Below are positions 60,070 through 64,000 of a stretch of 64,000 bases of DNA, in pieces. How positions within the stretch are numbered: position 1 is the stretch's first letter; each line of letters begins with the position of its first letter. The position numbers and the translations under genes are program-made. The notes beneath the pieces are model-generated. The model saw only the letters and a program-made list of their open reading frames with translations. It was not told the origin of the DNA and made no database searches. Origin of the DNA: Ruminococcaceae bacterium UBA794 (GTDB lineage Bacteria > Bacillota > Clostridia > Oscillospirales > Ruminococcaceae); the NCBI GenBank assembly GCA_002304735.1, contig DBIU01000015.1, positions 13,314-77,313 of the forward strand, read 5' to 3'.

Positions 60070-62388
60070 TTATGTCAGCGGCGGGATATCGAACTCGGAA
60101 ATGAGCCGATAGCCGATGAGCACTGTTGTTTTCTCACCGCCGCGCTTGGGGCGCTTGCGGACCACCTGGGCGAAAGCCTGCAGTCCCTGCTTAAAGTTCT
60201 TCATACCCTCCGGGAAACATCCGTTCTCTTGACACCAAATTTTGTACCTGGCATAGACAGCGGAGGTCAGTTCCTCTGCGGCAGAATCCTTAACCAGATT
60301 ATCTTCAAAGAAGAGCGCCATTCTATCGCTGTCATGCTGGTATCGTTCTGTAGCGTCCTTTACGGATTTTGGGAGGAACAGTCCCTCGTTTCGCAACCGC
60401 CTGTATCCTTCTAATAGCCAGTTGAGAATTGCGCTCTGGACATGGGGCTCTGCGAACTGCCGCTTGAGGGTGGTATCGCGGGATTGCTCATCAAAATGTC
60501 GGTCAAACGGAATAATGATAATTCTGTCACTGGAGAACAGGGTCATGTCATTTATAACCGGCAGGTAGTTTGTATTTACATAAATCTTGAACTGCGGCTG
60601 GAAATCAAAGCTGTTTTCATGCAGGTAGCGGGCATTGAGAGTGTCGTTTCCTGTCATAGATTTTATTCTTGCTGCATCCAAAACCATACCTTTGCTGGGT
60701 TCAGAAATATTCACAAAGCGCACACCTGCAAGGCGAGCCACATCTTCACTTGGCTGTGAGCCGTTATTGTAATTCTTCGTGGCGATAGTTTCCGGTCGGG
60801 ACGTGCAGCCGTAATCTCCGAGTACTTTCAGAACGCTTTCGCAGAGTGTTCCTTTGCCGTTCCTGGTAGTCACGCCGTAGAGAATGGTCATACATTCGTG
60901 TCTGGTATCACCAGTAAGCCCGTACCCGAATATCTTCTGAAGAAAGTTGGCTCGGTCAATGTCGCCGCTCATAATTTCGTTGATATAATCGCTGAAACGC
61001 TGCGAGTAGGCTGTGGGGTCGTATTTAACAGGACTTATCTTTGTAAGCAAATCGGCGCTGCGGTGTTCGGTGAACTCACCCGTGTCGATGTGCAAGGTTC
61101 CGTTGCTGCAGTTAAAAATGTAGATGTCCGAATCGAAATTACCATACGGAATAGGATGATATACCTGGGCGTCTTTGAGAATATTGACACGATTAGTATG
61201 ACTTTGCCACCGTCCGGCATATTTCATGTATGACTTTCGCTTGTCCTCGTCCTTTATCTCGAGAGCAAAGGTGTACATCAGATCAGCTAATTCCATGCAG
61301 TATTTCATCGCCCGTAGACTTCCGGTGTCCGGCTGCCAAATTCCATCCTCATAGTGAAACCACATTTTCCGCTCCGGAACAAAGCGCAGTTTATCATTAT
61401 AAAAATCTGCAAAAATATGACCAGCGCCGATATCGTTCCACGGATATTTAGAGGAATCCATAGGGTCAAGTTCCTTAAGCCTGTCCGCATTGAAATCCTC
61501 GACAGCGGAGCGTGGAATGATGGGTTTATAATAATCGGTCATTCCGGAGAGTGCTTTGGCGGTTGTAATGTTGCCGTATGTATCAGCGCCTCGGGGAGCG
61601 TCCCACTTTTCACGCATCAAGCCGGACTGCCGGAAAAGTCTGTCCATCTGCGCTTTGTCACCGCTGCACCAGAATGCCAGCATTGCAACGAAAGCAGCAT
61701 CAGCTTCGCTCTTGCTCTTGTACCCGGTGATGTCTCCGTTCCATAATCGGCTGAACTTCTCACCGTTGCGGGCGGCAGTGGCTTTTGCGATGACCTCATC
61801 ATCACTGAGGTAGCTTTCTCTGAGAACTGTCATATCCGAAACTGTTGAGGTCGGTCGGAGCATATAGGTATCAAGTAGCCAAATGAGTGCATCTGCTGTT
61901 TCTGTCACATCTGCATTTGTGAGAGCATTTCCGGTGACAGTGAGAAAGCGGTTGGTGTAGCCGGGAATGTAGACTTCGATGTCGCCTTTCTTGATGTAAT
62001 AGGTATCGCTATCGTAGGCGAAGCTGTTCGGCAACAGGCAGAAGATTCTTATACCTGCGCCGGAGGGGCTAATTTCGATGTAGGTCGAGGTAAATCGGTC
62101 TACGATCTCCTGCGCCCAAGGTAGTATTTTTCCGTCTGCTATGCAGTGGTCGAGGTCTATGCCGACAAGCCTGTCACAGACACGGACGCCAATACCGTCA
62201 TAGCCTGTTGCAATTGCGGCAGTATCAAAGGCGGCGAAAGTAGCAGGGGCGCTCACACTGGCTCTGCGCGTTGTCCCGGGAGTATACGGGACCTTAGTTT
62301 TATTGCCGTTCCGCAATTCGTATTTCCAGTTGCAGAACCGACCATTTTCTTTTAAGTACTGCGGTATTTTGTCTAACTGAACTTTCAA
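60070..62388 (-). CDS. Primase-polymerase / SF3 helicase fusion (NrS-1-like, P4/D5 family)
   Basis: GIDLDHC, EISPSGAGIRI, EVY...RFLTVTG, SEAD...LAFW...DRLFRQSGLMREKWD, G.TTRNGKGT, RFVNISEP, TNYLP, RIIIIPF; TTG start with GGAGG. Confidence 0.92.
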   Translation of the reverse strand: MKVQLDKIPQYLKENGRFCNWKYELRNGNKTKVPYTPGTTRRASVSAPATFAAFDTAAIATGYDGIGVRVCDRLVGIDLDHCIADGKILPWAQEIVDRFTSTYIEISPSGAGIRIFCLLPNSFAYDSDTYYIKKGDIEVYIPGYTNRFLTVTGNALTNADVTETADALIWLLDTYMLRPTSTVSDMTVLRESYLSDDEVIAKATAARNGEKFSRLWNGDITGYKSKSEADAAFVAMLAFWCSGDKAQMDRLFRQSGLMREKWDAPRGADTYGNITTAKALSGMTDYYKPIIPRSAVEDFNADRLKELDPMDSSKYPWNDIGAGHIFADFYNDKLRFVPERKMWFHYEDGIWQPDTGSLRAMKYCMELADLMYTFALEIKDEDKRKSYMKYAGRWQSHTNRVNILKDAQVYHPIPYGNFDSDIYIFNCSNGTLHIDTGEFTEHRSADLLTKISPVKYDPTAYSQRFSDYINEIMSGDIDRANFLQKIFGYGLTGDTRHECMTILYGVTTRNGKGTLCESVLKVLGDYGCTSRPETIATKNYNNGSQPSEDVARLAGVRFVNISEPSKGMVLDAARIKSMTGNDTLNARYLHENSFDFQPQFKIYVNTNYLPVINDMTLFSSDRIIIIPFDRHFDEQSRDTTLKRQFAEPHVQSAILNWLLEGYRRLRNEGLFLPKSVKDATERYQHDSDRMALFFEDNLVKDSAAEELTSAVYARYKIWCQENGCFPEGMKNFKQGLQAFAQVVRKRPKRGGEKTTVLIGYRLISEFDIPPLT

Positions 62389-62417
62389 TGTTGAACCTCC
62401 ATTAATGCTGTTTTTCA

Positions 62418-63012
62418 CCTTTCACTTCATAAAGGACAGACAATTTGAAAAACCGAACCGATTTTTCAAAATATTTTTCACTCTCCATAAGAAATTTTTC
62501 TTCTACTTTGTAGCCACTGGAAATTGCTGATTTGGACACCTCGGGTCAAAGAGGAGCGTTATTTTTTCGCTCTCAACTACCTACTGAGGACGAAATACCC
62601 GTTGTAGCGAAAAAACCGAGGACTTTCCAAAGATTCTTCTGTTCCTCTACTCACTACCGAAAAATTCAACCCCCACTACCCACTGGAGGTGAGCAACCGA
62701 AGTGGTCCGCTTTTTTGAGAATCATTTCTTGCTGCCGAAAGTTTCACTTCCTAAAAGCGAAAAACCGAAAAGTTTTTAAATTCTCTTTTCATAGACCAAT
62801 CTGGACAGGATTGCGTGTTTTGGCCGCAAGACTCAAAAAAATTACTCTTTCTATTTACTGCCGAGTAATTCACCCCTGTATCTTAAGTCAAAGAAAACTC
62901 GGCAAAACCGAAGTCCTCTCACTTAATTACTGCGAAAAAATCTCTGTTTGACAGAAAACTTTTGAAAAATATGCTCCTCACCACTTAGCCACGGCGGAGG
63001 GCATTATTATCA
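62418..63012 (-). promoter_or_regulatory. Array of about 10 co-oriented, mutually divergent promoter-like units upstream of the primase
   Basis: Recurrent bipartite units on the minus strand, each ending in a purine-rich ...GTGAAAGG/GTAGAAG/GTTGAGAG/GTGGGGG/GTGAGAGG/GGTGAGG block. Confidence 0.45.
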
Positions 63013-63036
63013 GAGCAATCGGAAAAAGAGAAAAAC

Positions 63037-63058
63037 AAGCAGCCACGAATGGCTGCTT
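63037..63058 (-). terminator. Hairpin terminator between the array and the cargo promoter
   Basis: AAGCAGCCA-CGAA-TGGCTGCTT; T-rich tail on the minus strand. Confidence 0.7.
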
Positions 63059-63079
63059 ATGAACAATGTCTAAAATCTA

Positions 63080-63108
63080 TTGAAATCTTTACGAAATCGT
63101 GATATAAT
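63080..63108 (+). promoter_or_regulatory. Sigma-A promoter of the cargo gene
   Basis: TTGAAA-N17-TATAAT with TG extension. Confidence 0.7.
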
Positions 63109-63278
63109 ATATGTGATACCAAAGTTACTGCATATAAAGCGTACAAGGGTTTCTATAACAGCTATGATGTTAGAAACAACAAAGTATGTAAGGAACTATA
63201 ATAGAATAGCGAAAAGAGATTCAAAAACACCTGCTGAGTTTATCAGCAGGCTGTATCTTTCTAACGGAGGCATATGAA

Positions 63279-64000
63279 ATGAAAACTTATCGAATTCACG
63301 GTGACAATGTTGTTGAGTGCGAACGCATCGCTAAAATTATCATTAATACTTTAAATCCTAATTTGGTCTCTTACAATTTAGTTTCTCCATCAACAGTTTC
63401 TATAGAACTTTCAGCAACTTTTATGGGGAACAGTGTAAATTGTCGATTAGAACTATTGCCGGGGTTTAACAAAAATACAAAGCGGCACTGGAACGGTAAT
63501 ATTTTTGACGCTTTAAAGGAAGCAGGCAGTTACTTTGATGAGACTCCTGATGCAATAATATCCGCTATTGAAGATGATGCAGAAAGAATACTTCTTGGAA
63601 TTGAGTTTTGTTCTGCTTTACAAGCAGGTAATCAAGCGTGGCAACGCAGTGCAAGGGCTTTTTCAACTGGCAGAACTGGATGCCCTTATATTTACATTGT
63701 CGACTTTGTTAAATATGAGCTTGATAACAAAACGAGAGCCCGTAAAAATTTGAGATTCCCTAATGCTGCAGTCCCATATAGCTATGTAAACTACTCAAAA
63801 ATGACTGGAAATTTTGTCGCCCAGCTGTATACCAAATCAGAAGAATTTGATAAAAATCGCGATTTAAGTTTGGCAGAATTCAATGAAGATGATTTTGGTA
63901 GTAAAGAATTGGGACTCTATATAGTCAAAATAATGCTTGGCATTGACGCATCCGCAGAGGAAAGCACCATCCTTAAAAAGAACATGAATGTTGTTCAATT
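63279..64000 (+). CDS. Partial AT-rich cargo gene, putative PD-(D/E)xK-type nuclease (restriction-endonuclease-like)
   Basis: Open from ATG 63279 (GGAGG RBS) to the window end: MKTYRIHGDNVVECER...DETPDAII...GIEFCSALQAGNQAWQR...; missing from the ORF track because it has no stop. Confidence 0.6.
   Translation, partial: MKTYRIHGDNVVECERIAKIIINTLNPNLVSYNLVSPSTVSIELSATFMGNSVNCRLELLPGFNKNTKRHWNGNIFDALKEAGSYFDETPDAIISAIEDDAERILLGIEFCSALQAGNQAWQRSARAFSTGRTGCPYIYIVDFVKYELDNKTRARKNLRFPNAAVPYSYVNYSKMTGNFVAQLYTKSEEFDKNRDLSLAEFNEDDFGSKELGLYIVKIMLGIDASAEESTILKKNMNVVQ

Noticed and set aside
62532..62951. 139-aa ORF across the array
   Set aside because: TTG start without an RBS, no protein-like features, and it overlaps the patterned non-coding units
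62418..63012. CRISPR array
   Set aside because: Units are not identical repeats with unique spacers, spacing is irregular and there are no cas genes; reported instead as a promoter-like array
63080..63277. 65-aa ORF upstream of the cargo gene
   Set aside because: Its TTG start coincides with the -35 box and there is no RBS; a shorter leader peptide cannot be supported

Overview
A 64 kb chromosomal window from a GC-moderate anaerobic Firmicute (gene content and order suggest Clostridia, probably Oscillospiraceae/Ruminococcaceae; this is inference). Most of 1-56 kb is housekeeping: glmU, pncA-pncB, guaA, a LacI regulator, a complete rnfCDGEAB operon, trmK-nif3-rqcH-valS, leuS, a GH94 cellobiose phosphorylase, tgt-mntP, rpiR-HI0933-cmk-plsC-ispH/rpsA and lipase-phoH-ybeY-dgkA. 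Three regions stand out. (1) 45.6-52.7 kb: an intact, tightly coupled 8-gene phage-structural operon (portal, scaffold, major capsid, head-tail adaptor, head closure, two tail-tip-like genes and an RBP-like gene). It has no terminase, tail tube, tape measure, lysis, replication or integrase genes, shows host-like composition, and has its own promoter and terminator. It is a candidate domesticated GTA-like or tailless particle. (2) 56.3 kb to the window end: an AT-richer element with a large serine recombinase, TnpW, a lone HK97-like capsid gene, a cos-like site, an ori-like inverted repeat, an NrS-1-like primase-polymerase-helicase, an array of about 10 promoter-like units and a putative nuclease cargo gene. 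It is a candidate new type of phage satellite. (3) 14.9-20.2 kb: a sacsin-type GHKL ATPase with a degenerate HNH-like C-terminus, paired with a catalytically degenerate SF2 helicase. Smaller items are a perfect four-way-junction element, a MITE-like insert upstream of rnfC, an internally deleted class M sirtuin relic after guaA, a homopolymer frameshift, an uncalled 40-aa Cys-rich ORF and strong GATC avoidance. No rRNA, tRNA or CRISPR array was seen. All family calls come from motif recognition by eye, not database searches.
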